Notes: generated by a model not told the origin, from the sequence alone. 48,195 nt of DNA from Octopus bimaculoides (GCF_001194135.2 NC_068985.1:80383890-80432084), one strand, 5' to 3'. Shown: positions 25,471 through 37,323, counted from the first letter of the stretch. A program made the numbers and translations.

Positions 25471-25844
25471 CAGGGTGTCCACAAATTACCTTTACAATTT
25501 GAAAAGTTTAGGGAAAAAATAACAACTCAGCATAACGCTTCCGTGTGGGCTCCATTGGTTGTACGCACCACGTCGAGACTATATTCAATTTCTGACCATG
25601 CATGTAAGAGTACGCCCTCGTCAATGTTGGATATGGCTTGGCGTTCAAAAGTTCCATAGGGATAACGGCGGCCCGTTGCAGAAGTGAACCCTGCGAGGTG
25701 GAGTGACGATTGCAGAAAGTGTCGCTGGCTATTCTCCGCGGCAACGCTAGCGAAGTCATTACTGCGGAGCGCAGCTGACCACACATTGAGCTTCATCTAG
25801 ACGTGTTGCCTACATCCAATGGAGCCTATGTGCAAGTGTTCTGA
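25471..25844. mobile_element. Tc1/mariner (rosa/maT-like) remnant with two transposase 3' ends
   Basis: TA then CAGGGTGTCC terminus. Minus strand WSEIEYSLDVVRTTNGAHTE; plus strand IELHLDVLPTSNGAYVQVF*. Confidence 0.7.
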
Positions 25845-26052
25845 TTTTTCTAATAAAACTTTACTTCTTTACCAATGTTTTCCAATTAACTCTGCTAAAT
25901 TATTCTTTTTTCCTTTTTGTTCTTTTTATTTGTTTCAGTCATCAGACTGTGGCCATGCTGGAGCACCGCGTTGAAGAATTTTTAGTCGAATGTATCGACC
26001 CCAGTACTTTTTTTTTTGCCTGGTACTTATTCTATCGGTCTCTTATGCCGAA

Positions 26053-26374
26053 CCAAAGATCCCAGCAATGCCATCACGCTTCAAGACCAGTTACTGCAAC
26101 AGCCTGGGTTTCAGGGGCTCACAGCTTTTTAATATTCTCCCAAAGAGCCAGAGGAATCTCCACAAAGGCGTTATTAAATCAAGGCTGGACCTCTTCCTGT
26201 AGAGAGTCCCAAATGAACCTACCTCACGGCAAGAAGTGCAAATGCGGGTAGCTACATCAAACTCCATTCTACACCAAGTCCCATATATTAAAGGAAGACC
26301 TCAGTAATAAAAATGTAGCAAAACGGTGGTGCTCCAGCATGGCCACAGCTATGAGCTGAAACTACAAAAAAAAA
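26053..26374 (+). mobile_element. CR1/L2-clade LINE 3' end, 5'-truncated
   Basis: SLGFRGSQLFNILPK...KSRLDLFL*RVPNEP...ATSNSILHQ is typical of a CR1/L2 ORF2 C-terminus. It is followed by a short 3' UTR and an A-rich end. Confidence 0.85.
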
Positions 26375-26450
26375 CTATATATATAAAAAAAAAATTTCAG
26401 AATGAGATAAAAATCCAAGTCTGTGTAGATTTTAGAACATTTATAAATAG

Positions 26451-26498
26451 GTCTTACAGCTGTTTCCGGGGTAATTTTTATATCCCATCATCAGAGAC
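26451..26498 (-). ncRNA. Minimal type I hammerhead ribozyme motif
   Basis: Minus strand GUCU-CUGAUGA-UGGGAUAUAAAAAUUACCCCG-GAA-ACAGCUGU-A-AGAC. Stem I GUCU/AGAC, imperfect stem II, palindromic ACAGCUGU stem III, GUA triplet. Confidence 0.78.
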
Positions 26499-27221
26499 GG
26501 TGTAAGAAAATGGTTAAGCAATAGTTAATTTAGATAAGATATGAAATAGGGAGTGAAGTTGAGGATTGAAAATAGATGTGAGATATGCAGGGATATATGC
26601 ATTTGTAGATCCATTATTTAGGCAGAATGGTATACATATAAGATTCCAATACCTTGTGAGTAAAATCCAATAGTATCTAAAATTGGTCATTCCAAGTATA
26701 GAGTTTGTACACAGTGCTGTTGAATCAAGGGCTTTATTTAAAGTGACCTAAAAGTAGGGAATGTATCTGTAAGGTCAAATCGAAAACAAGAAGAGAGGAA
26801 TAAAGAAAAGAAGGAAAAAAAGAAAAAAGAAAAGCAAGGAGAGAGATAATAAAGAGATGAAGAGAGGGGAAAGTGTACCAGTTAGTGGTCAGTCAAGATA
26901 AAATGAAAGTAGGAATGGGGAGGTGAGGGTGATAGAGAGAGAAAGGTATTAGAGTGTAAAAAGATAAGGTAAAGAGTAAAGGCGTGTCAGATAGAAAGAA
27001 TGGGAGGGTGATAGAGAGAGAGGTATAACAGTGCAAAAAGTAAAGGAGTGTCAGGCATGTAGAGAAGCCTAAGTGATGGTAGAGAGAGGGGGTAGGGGTA
27101 GGGGTAGTAATATGGTGGAATGAAGAATTTAGGAATATGGATTAGGTTGGTTGGACAGGTCAGTGCTTAGTAGTAGAAGAAAATATATATTTGAAGATGT
27201 ATACAGATGCATATATTAAAC

Positions 27222-27284
<63 letters not shown>

Positions 27285-27784
27285 TATTTATACATATTAA
27301 CATCTACATATACAACTCATATTCATATGCAAATGTACACACGTATACCCATATATATGTGTATCTGTATGTATTATCACCCCTGCACACGCAGGTATAT
27401 ATACCTTGCATACATACATACATTTACACATATATACATACATACACATACATACACACGCACATATGTATGTACGCATATATACACGAATATAATTAGA
27501 TGGTTGTGACATTCGACTATGAAAGAGGAATTAGATAGGGATTAGGAGTTAAAATGTAGATTTATAAGGTTATGGGATTACCTAAGGGGTATTGTGGAAA
27601 TGTTATGTATGGTCATTTAGGCATTTGGATTTGTGGTAGAATTTGAATGTGTGAAAAAAGCGGTGGTTGTATGTGCTTAGTGCCTCATTATGCTTATTTA
27701 GCAGTGTTGGAGAGTTGTGCTTTAATATGTGAAGTACCTCTGTCAGACAAAGCCTGCACGTTGTGCCTTGACCTCGGTAGGGAA

Positions 27785-28026
27785 TGCAAGGAGAACTATA
27801 TCGGTGAAACTGGCAATTTCTTTATACCAACGAGCCAGAATTCACTGACAACATATCCGACAGGGAGAACTACAAAAAATTCCACTAAGTAAACACTTAG
27901 AAACATGTGGAGAAGGAAGATTCAAGATATTTCCCTTCTATAAATGCCCCAAGGAATGACACCTTCTTCAGACAAAATATGGAACAACACTTCATAGCAA
28001 AATTCTCCCCCAAACTGAATGGCTGA
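27785..28026 (+). pseudogene. Penelope-like element GIY-YIG endonuclease fragment
   Basis: CKENYIGETG / R.RIH*QHIR...PLSKHLETCG...FKIFPFYK / RQNMEQHFIAKFSPKLNG* with frameshifts. Confidence 0.85.
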
Positions 28027-28689
28027 AAATATGAAAATCACATCAACTTCCTTATAAACCCATCTGGAACCCTAAGATATATGCATATGTGTGTGTGTAT
28101 GTATATACATAAATAGAGACATTCTTGCATCCAGATTTTCCAACCCATACCGGCATGGGAATCAAACATTGGACAAATATTTGTATATGTACAACCATCT
28201 AGATCTCTGAATACCTTATTTTTTCTAATATATAATTACATACATACATAAGTATATGCATGTATGTATAGATGTCCGTCTTTCACTCGATGTTTCGCTT
28301 TCATTTTGTGTACTTTTCGTTTCAGTTTGTGATCTCCAACCGAAATTGTTTGATTTATCCATAATTTCACTCACAAGGTTTGAACAAAGCTAAATGCAAC
28401 GATGGCAAAACTTGTCCAAATGGCCCGAAAAACAAATGAACTCGTGTGTTCATGATTTTAAAGCGAACTCCTTAACTATTCAATCGACCTTGATCTTGAA
28501 GACCTACTAAGATCAATTGTATTCCAACTGTAATCAACCATATTTTATTTAGACCAGATAGCAAAACATTTATTTTAAGATTTTTTATATACATATTAAA
28601 TTAAATGATGTATGTTAAAGAGTTATTTCCCCTGTCATTTGTCAACACTTTTATGCTTCGGTGTCATTGGAAAATTCTTTTATTCTTTT

Positions 28690-28889
28690 ATTTGTTTCAG
28701 TTATTTGACTGCGGCCATGCTGGAGCACCGCCTTTAGTCGAGAAAATCAACACCAGGACATATTCTTTGTAAGCCTAGTACTTATTCCATCGGTCTTTTT
28801 TTTTTGCCGAACCGCTAATTTACGGGGATGTAAACACACCAAGATCGCTTGTCAAGCGATGGTGGGTGGGGGGGCAAACACAGACACAC

Positions 28890-28930
<41 letters not shown>
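28690..28930 (-). mobile_element. SINE family B 3' half
   Basis: Reverse complement of AGGCGGTGCTCCAGCATGGCCGCAGTCAAATAACTGAAAC and the upstream body, ending in (CA)n(TA)n. Confidence 0.85.
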
Positions 28931-28952
<22 letters not shown>

Positions 28953-29207
28953 AACAATAACNNNNNNNNNNNNNNNNNNNNNNNNNNNNNNNNNNNNNNN
29001 NNNNNNNNNNNNNNNNNNNNNNNNNNNNNNNNNNNNNNNNNNNNNNNNNNNNNNNNNNNNNNNNNNNNNNNNNNNNNNNNNNNNNNNNNNNNNNNNNNNN
29101 NNNNNNNNNNNNNNNNNNNNNNNNNNNNNNNNNNNNNNNNNNNNNNNNNNNNNNNNNNNNNNNNNNNNNNNNNNNNNNNNNNNNNNNNNNNNNNNNNNNN
29201 NNNNNNA

Positions 29208-32200
29208 GCAGTGCCTCGAGAGCCAGCACACACAGAGAAGGTAACAATGGGCAGCCCTGACGGGCCGAGCGTACGATGCTAAACGGTTCCGAAAGATAGA
29301 CATTTACTTTGACCACCAAGCAGGTGCCGCTGAGCATTGCAGCGATCCAGACCCTTAAAACGGGTCCGAAACCGGCCTCTGGAAGGACGACATTCTTGGT
29401 AGCGATGGTCGACGCTATCGAATGCTTTTGATCGATCCAAATTGATCAGGGCCCCACCGAAGCCAGCTTTAGTCCCAGCCCTCTCTATGATGTATCGCAT
29501 AAGGTGGGGGTTGTCGCGGATAGGCCTGTTCATGATTGCGCACGTTTGTGCTTCCCCTACTAGACTACCAACGACAAGCGCCAACCTTTTCGCTAATACC
29601 TTGGCCAAAATCTTAAGCCCTGTGTCTAGCAGAGTTATGGGCCGAAAATTCCCTAGCATGTCCCCACTGTCGGCGTCCTCCTTTAGCAGTATCACCACAC
29701 CCCGACTAACAGTCCTCGGAATTCTCCCGTTCTGTTGCTAGTTGCGGTAAACGCTGCCAATGAATACATGGAATTCATAAGGCAGACCATCTAAAGCTGG
29801 CGATTTGCGACTTGTGCAAACGCGCATCGCCTCTCGTATTTCAGTGGCTGTTATCGGCTTTTCGTATAACCTCGCGTCCGCTGCCGAGAGCCGCGGCAGG
29901 CCATCTAGGTACGAACTAAAGCCCGCTGCCATCGTTGACCCATCGCCCCCTCCAAATAGTTGCGCTAAATGCTGCTGGAAAGCAACACACATCTGCTCAG
30001 AACAATGTATCATGCGCCCGTCCTGATCTGTCAAAGACCCAATCGTCGTTTTGTCGCTACGTCACGTCTCCACCGTTCGAGCCCTCGTTTTAGCGCACAA
30101 GCCTTAGCTCTGACAACGCAACCGTCATGTTTCGCCTCAAACAAATAGTCAAGAGCCATTCTCACCGCTAACACGTCAGTCGCCATGCCTCTACTAATCG
30201 CCTCTTCTAGTTTGCTAACTAGTATTCCCACTAATCTGTTTCTTTCTATTGCTAACTCTTTGCTAAACTCTATTGATTCTGCTCTAATCGCCCTCTTCAG
30301 GGCTATCCACCACCGGTTGTTGACGATTGCCCCGTCAACTGCCGCTTAATTACTTCGCTAATTTGATCCCTGTAATCTTTGCGCGCCGGAAAGGACGCGT
30401 TCGACTTCCAGTAACCGGGTCCCTGTCAACGCGTCCTATCTAAATCGACTGTGCAGATCACAAATCTATGGTCTGTATAGCCGATCAATTTGAATTGCGG
30501 ACACCTTATACTCACCTTATCCGCTGACTTCACAAATATTCTATCTAGATACGATCTGGATGAGCCATTGTGATTACTCCATGTCCACATTGGCACATCA
30601 GGGAAATCCAATTGATACCTGTCAGAAACCTGGAAGTTTCTGAGCAGGTTTTCGAGGCTTTTACACCCACTTCTTCTATGTACTAAACCCACACAGTCCT
30701 TCCGCGCGTCGAAAATACTATTTCTGTCCCCCACTAGTACTAAAGAGCGAGACGTTTCCAGGAATGTTTCTAGATGCCTGAGAAATCTGGCCTCCTAGCT
30801 CCTGTCGGAGCATACACGGCCACAATCTAAAGGTACTACCTTCACCGCCATTCACATCTAGGACCACCAACCTACCGTCCGAGTCAAAGAAGATTGGATT
30901 TTCGGAATAACACTGCTACAACGCCGCCCGCTCCCTACAGACCACACGATGAGAATACCTGCTTTCTTCGAAAATGGTTGCAAGAGCATGTTTCCCCGGC
31001 AATTCTCATCTCACTAATTGCTGTCACATCTAAATTTAGGGAATTGAGATCGTTGAGCAGGTGACCCTGCTTCCAAGCCGAATCCAGACCCCGAACATTT
31101 ACACAGTCAACTCTAAGCGTAGCCACTTAACTTAGAGGAAAGAAAATGGAATTACGTATCTTGATCCCCAGGGATGACCGTTGACACAGTCTTCTTTTTG
31201 GTCGAGGGTGTAGTGGAGAAGGGTTTTTCTAGGAAGTTTTTAGAGGTTGATCCCTCCAATGTCCTAGGGGAGTTTCTTTTTTCAAATCAAGATACGTATC
31301 CGTATCTGTTTGGAATAGCATCCTGTCCGGTGGTGTTTTCTGGAGGAGTTCCGCAAAATCTTCACTTGATGTAATATTTTTGCTAACTACTTCCTCAATC
31401 AATTCAATGTTGCTCTTCTGAACAACAGTGAAGTTGATGAAAGAAGCACATACCCGAAAGTGTGACTGCTGGTCACTTTGTTTTTTGGGTTTCTTTTTAT
31501 CTTACCGTTTTTTATTGTGGTTGTGAATGTGTTTGTAAAAATGGGTTGTCTTGTGATGAAGCTGATGTTGATGTTGATTTGTTTTTAAATTGGTGTTGTG
31601 ACGGATTTTGTTTTTCACCGTCATGTCTTAGGGTCTTCAATTTGGGTTGGCCCCTGTTTGGTTCATATTTCTCTTATCGCCGACAAAGGCCTTTTGGTGC
31701 GAAGTCAATGAGGACTTTGCTTTTGCAAGGACTGTGTTGGAAGGAGGGAGATACAAAGTAATTGTTTTTTCCCCACCTTGAGGAACTGGCAGTAACGGTA
31801 GAGAGCATCGTGCTTTCTCCACCACGGCACCAAAGACTTTGAGGAGGTTCGAATTCCCACACACGAAACACTTCTGGTTTTTTTTTTTTTTTTCCTTCTA
31901 TACAAACTGGCAACTGTTCGCATTCCCTGAAACAGAAAATGGGAATGCGATTTTTATCTTCTAGAGAAACTAATATCTGGAATTCCGTGAGAATTCCAGT
32001 CCTATTGAATTGTAGGGTGGACTTCGCCTCCACAATCTCCCCATGGTCTTCCAGAAACCCTCGCCGGACCACGGTGACCCGGCACGTTCTTGACTCGTAT
32101 TCGAATCAACCTTTTACCCATGTAATGGGGAATCATTACAAAAGCCTCGGACGTGCAAGTTATAGCAGCCATTCTTCTGGCTTCTTGCTTACTGCTGCAT

Positions 32201-33670
32201 ATAGCAGCGACCATCCTATATTGTTTACTTTACTGTATGTGTAGCACTGAGGGCCGCACATCTTCGAGGCATTTTTCAGTCTCTGTCGAGTAGGAAATTT
32301 CAGTTTCCTCTCCTAGCGAGAAACACATTTATAAACAATTGTTCGTCTTTCGGAGGTTTATTTCTCCTCCTCACTAAGGCACATAACACTTGGTTTCATA
32401 ATGTTACTCTCGTATTTCAGTGCCTTATTTTTTAAGTCATCCACTGAAAAAATAGGGATCTTTTTGGTTTGACGGGCAACACTTTCAAACTTGGGATACT
32501 GGTAGAATGTGTCATATAAAACATCTTTTTCTCTTAGCCTTCTTAACAAAAATTACTTCTTAATAAATTATTTCATGTTAAAGTTGTCGTATTTCTGTAA
32601 TTTCAACCAATCACTGACGTCTATTCAGCTGAATACAGTTACTGCTCTTTTTATAAACAATAATTTTTACCGGTGTTAAGGGTGTTATTCCCTGTTTAAT
32701 TATATCATTATTCCCTAGTAAGGGTTTAGGGTTTTAGGGTTAGGGTTCGGATTTTAGAGTTAGGGTTAGGGTTTTAGGGTTAGGGTTGGGGTTAGGGTTA
32801 TGGTTATGAGTTATAGGGTTTTAGGGTTNNNNNNNNNNNNNNNNNNNNNNNNNNNNNNNNNNNNNNNNNNNNNNNNNNNNNNNNNNNNNNNNNNNNNNNN
32901 NNNNNNNNNNNNNNNNNNNNNNNNNNNNNNNNNNNNNNNNNNNNNNNNNNNNNNNNNNNNNNNNNNNNNNNNNNNNNNNNNNNNNNNNNNNNNNNNNNNN
33001 NNNNNNNNNNNNNNNNNNNNNNNNNNNNNNNNNNNNNNNNNNNNNNNNNNNNNNNNNNNNNNNNNNNNNNNNNAACTTCGAATACAAAATTTTTTATCTG
33101 TTCTATAACACAAAATATACAAGTATTCGAAGTTTGAAAGTGTTTCGGTACCAAAAACACTACATAAAAAAATGTTGCCCGTCAAACCAAAAAGATCCAA
33201 AAATAGTCCAATTGCTAACGGCTTTAGAAAAGGAAGTAGCTTTGTTGAGGTTCATTGTGTTATTATTATTGTTGTTGTTGCTGGTGACGTCGTCGTTGTT
33301 GTTTTCCACACAGTTATCACTGTTGTTGTTTTCAATCTTGTTGTTCATGTTACATTTTTTTTGTTTCGATCTTGTTGCTGGTGTTGTTGATACAGTTGCT
33401 GCTATTGTTGTTGTTTCTGCCGTTTGTGGTGGTGGTGGTGCTGCTGCTGCTGCTGTTCACATTGTTGCTGTAGTCATCTTCGTCATTATCGTTGCTGCTG
33501 GTACTTTTGCACTTGTTACTGACGTCATAGTAACAAGAGGAAATTATTTTTCTCTTTGGCGAGAAATTTATTTCACCTTCGGCTGCATTTGTTTTCGGAC
33601 GCTGGTCTTGGTCGGAGTCAAAAGAACGCTGCCCTTAGTCGATTGTTATTATTTCTTCGTATTCCGACAT
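29208..33670 (-). mobile_element. L1/Tx1-clade LINE (ORF1, APE and N-half of RT), decayed and interrupted by a MITE
   Basis: APE starts at 31126 (VNVRGL; WTW...SYLDRIF...YTDHRFV). RT motifs SPALDGLPYEF, FRPITLLDTGLKILAK, NLDRSKAFDSVDH and RQGCPL. ORF1 pieces run from 33670 to about 31130. The 3' part is lost in the gap at 28962-29207. Confidence 0.9.
32456..33198. mobile_element. GG-ended (Merlin-like) foldback MITE with telomere-type core
   Basis: Perfect TIR GGATCTTTTTGGTTTGACGGGCAACA. 8-bp TSD AAAAATAG at 32448-32455 and 33199-33206. Degenerate (TTAGGG)n from about 32716 into the gap. Confidence 0.9.
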
Positions 33671-34061
33671 TTTTTGGAATTGGAAAAATAAATGAAATGT
33701 CTTCACAAAAAATGTAAAACAATTATTACACCCCCAAAAAGGGGCTATGATGCTCCACCACTGTTTCTGCTTGTGATCAGAGATGCACAGCATCCTTAAA
33801 CGACCCTTATTCAGGGACCTTTTGAGCAGGATGGGTTACTCGTCCTGAAGAAAATTCTAACGGGGCTCCACCTGCAAGGTCATGGTGATGTTTATCTTGA
33901 TATGAGATCACCATGTCGCGCACAGGTGACTGTGATGCATGTGCCCGGTGTGGCCTTATCAGACGGGTAGTCATGATGGGTATACTGAGCTTCGTATATT
34001 TGCACCCCAGTGTCACTTTGATGGCATGCACTGCTCTCTCACTCAATAATAATAATAATAA

Positions 34062-34412
34062 ATGTGGCACCTCAAGGCGACTACCATACCAGTGATTGTA
34101 GGATCTCTAGGAATGATTAAAAAAGGTACTGAAACCTATTTGAAAATGATACCAGGCTTACCATCCCTACAGGAAGTGCAAAAAATCGTGCAAACTGGAA
34201 CGACTCATGTACTGAGAAGAGCATTATCGCTGTGAAAACATCCATTCATGAACTTTTTTTTTTTCTTAAATACATGTTTTACCTGTGAATTTGCGTGTGT
34301 GAACTGGGAATGCATACAACGAGTTTCTCTGCCCTAGGTGTACGGAAAACACTCGGCGAGAAATGGAAGAAAATTTGAAGAAAGAAGAAAATAGTAATAA
34401 TAATAATAATAA
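34062..34412 (+). mobile_element. R4/Dong-like (restriction-like endonuclease) retrotransposon 3' end
   Basis: 34062-34235 encodes MWHLKATTIPVIVGSLGMIKKG...QKIVQTGTTHVLRRALSL*, followed by a 3' UTR. (TAA)n lies on both sides, at 34045-34061 and 34395-34412. Confidence 0.78.
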
Positions 34413-37323
34413 GATAAGAAAAATAAATTGCATTCTTTTTTTCTTCTAGTGATTAGTGTATCTTATCACATTATCTCAGGACATCATCAAATAGCATTTA
34501 TTCCGTGATAAGAAAACCGTGAGCATAATCAAGGTTATAAAAATTTTTTAAATTTGTGCTTTAGCTTCCACGCCAACTCTAACCAAGCAGACTTATGATA
34601 AAAGGCATTCCACACGTGATCATCCTGTAGTTTTAAAAATATCTGAGACTGCAGTATGCTTATCCTTTCAGTTTGTAAAGGCAATCGGATGTGATTTGAT
34701 CAAGATTTTGGCTGCTAAGCTGGTGAAACATGAACAGGAAGGGAAATTTCACAATTATTTCCAGCAGATATTATGTAGAAGGCTCCGTTGTTAGTTGAAT
34801 CGAGAAGAGTAGTAATAGTTTGTTATGTCTGGGTGGGAGCCATATTGTCTTAATGCCTTATTATCTAACACACTCACCAGTTCGATTTCCACTCATTAAT
34901 TATTTATATTTTTTCTTTCAAAATTTTCGTTGCCTTTTGCAACCTTGTCAATGGATGTTGACTATCTGTTTAGTCGCATGTGTATGCATATATGTATACA
35001 TGTATGTCTGTATGCACATATGTATGTATGCGTGTATGTACGTATGTATGTAGTATGCATATTCATGTTTTTTATGTGTACCTTTGTCTCGTGTGTGTAT
35101 ATAAGTATTGGTTTGTGTGACTATGTACGTGAGTCTATTATGCATGGACGTATGTCTTCATGTCTTTGTGTGAATGCGCGTGCGTATGGTTCGTCTCCTT
35201 TTGTGCATCTGTGTGCTTCTCTGTCCGTATTACTCATGTACCTATCTGTTTACTCACATATCCATTTACCTACCTACCTATATATGTATATAATTTGCCT
35301 ACATAACAGCCTACTAGCAAATGTACTTATGTATATATATTCTGTGGGTATTGGGGTATCATTAGCCAGACGGGAGANNNNNNNNNNAACCTTGTCAATG
35401 GATGTTGACTATCTGTTTAGTCGCATGTGTATGCATATATGTATACATGTATGTCTGTATGCACATATGTATGTATGCGTGTATGTACGTATGTATGTAG
35501 TATGCATATTCATGTTTTTTATGTGTACCTTTGTCTCGTGTGTGTATATAAGTATTGGTTTGTGTGACTATGTACGTGAGTCTATTATGCATGGACGTAT
35601 GTCTTCATGTCTTTGTGTGAATGCGCGTGCGTATGGTTCGTCTCCTTTTGTGCATCTGTGTGCTTCTCTGTCCGTATTACTCATGTACCTATCTGTTTAC
35701 TCACATATCCATTTACCTACCTACCTATATATGTATATAATTTGCCTACATAACAGCCTACTAGCAAATGTACTTATGTATATATATTCTGTGGGTATTG
35801 GGGTATCATTAGCCAGACGGGAGAAATACTTAGCGGTCCGTCTTCACGTTCTAAGTTCAAATTCCACAGAGGTCGACTTTGCCTTTCATCCTTTCGGGAT
35901 CGATAAAAAAAGTACCAGCTGAGTACTGAGGTCGATGTAATGGACTTAGCTCCTCCAACGAAATTTCTGGCCTTGTGCCAAAATTTGAAATAAATATGAT
36001 GAACGATGTATACAGATGGCAGAGAGAGCTACATAATTATGAATTTCATAAACGTTAATTTCTATAGAAGAGATTTACCAACTCTACAAATGTATATAGT
36101 CTCCTTAAGCTAGTAGATGCTAAGCACCAAATGTATAAAGAATATCTAGGAAAGAACGTGGGTGCTTTTCTGTGCATTCAAATGCAGTTATCATGAAGGA
36201 TAACTAAATCAACACATCAGAATCGTTGTTCAGAAGTTCAGTATCTTGTCTGTTGTTTAGCCCCTTATTTTTCTGGGCCTTTTTTTTATTAATCAAGGGA
36301 TAGTATCTAGGACCATTTTTAATTTGAGTCTTTTTCTTTTTCTTCAGATAAAGTGTGAGTGATATCTACCAGTCGAGCGACCTTTCTTGAGCAGCACTCC
36401 TAAAAAAATTTCAAAGTAATTTTTCGTTAAGCATGTCATTCAGAATGTCCCACGGGATTGCAGTTTGTCCACCACTGTTTCCAAATTTTCACCAGTGTTT
36501 TCGAAAACTGCATTTCTGATGTATTTTTGCATACTGATGACGAAAATGACATTCATTTTTTAGTTTGTTTTTTTCTTTCTAGAAATTAATAATAAAGTTA
36601 CAAACGCATACCAGATTATTTTCACAACTACATATTTTAAAAAATTATCTGAAAATAAGTGGGTGGAAGAAATTTAACAATATCTCACTTATTCTAATCC
36701 CGATAAAGAATCTTAAAAAATTTCTTTTGCAAATATCCTTAAAATGCAAGAATAGTTTTAAAATTTCACTTATTGGATTCACATCCTCTGAATACTCAGC
36801 GTCCACTTGTGAGCGGCAACGCCCTTAAGGGGACGCTACTGTCCAAGTTAAGCATCACCGCTGTAGACGCTGTGTTTGTGTCCCTTTGATAAATGACTTG
36901 TCTGGGATTGAAACCACGCCTTTGTTTTTTCAATCCATGCAATTTCGCTTTACTTGTTGCTTGGCAGTAATCGAAATATTGCCGGCATACATACACAATG
37001 TGCCCCATCCCACGACTTTGTTGTGAAAATTTTTTTCCGGGGGTGGGGAGAGGAGTTTTGGAAAATTCATTACATCAGACTTCAATGTGGATAAAAAAGA
37101 AAACGCTGGGAACGCACACATCATAATTTGTTTCGAAATTTCAAGTTCGATTTTGTAGATATATGAGGCGAGTATCAGTATGTATGTGTGCACGATCACT
37201 AATTATTTTTTGCCCTAATTTCCAATATAATCGTAATCTATACACACTGCAAAATACTTGTAGAAAATTTCATTAAAGAAATACTCGTTTTTTTTCTGAA
37301 AATTATGAGGAAACAAAGCTGAC

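Noticed and set aside
32716-32828. True telomere or chromosome-fusion site
   Set aside because: The repeats are degenerate and enclosed by TIRs and a TSD.
33134-33691. 185-aa hydrophobic plus-strand ORF
   Set aside because: It is the antisense of the low-complexity LINE ORF1 region and begins inside the MITE.
34941-35824. 437-bp exact direct duplication and the 330-aa ORF over it
   Set aside because: The identical copies (34941-35377 and 35388-35824) sit either side of a 10-N gap, the signature of unmerged contig overlap. The ORF is microsatellite-like sequence.
36796-37008. GC-richer island with a 70-aa ORF
   Set aside because: No recognisable domain or splice context; it cannot be supported without a search.
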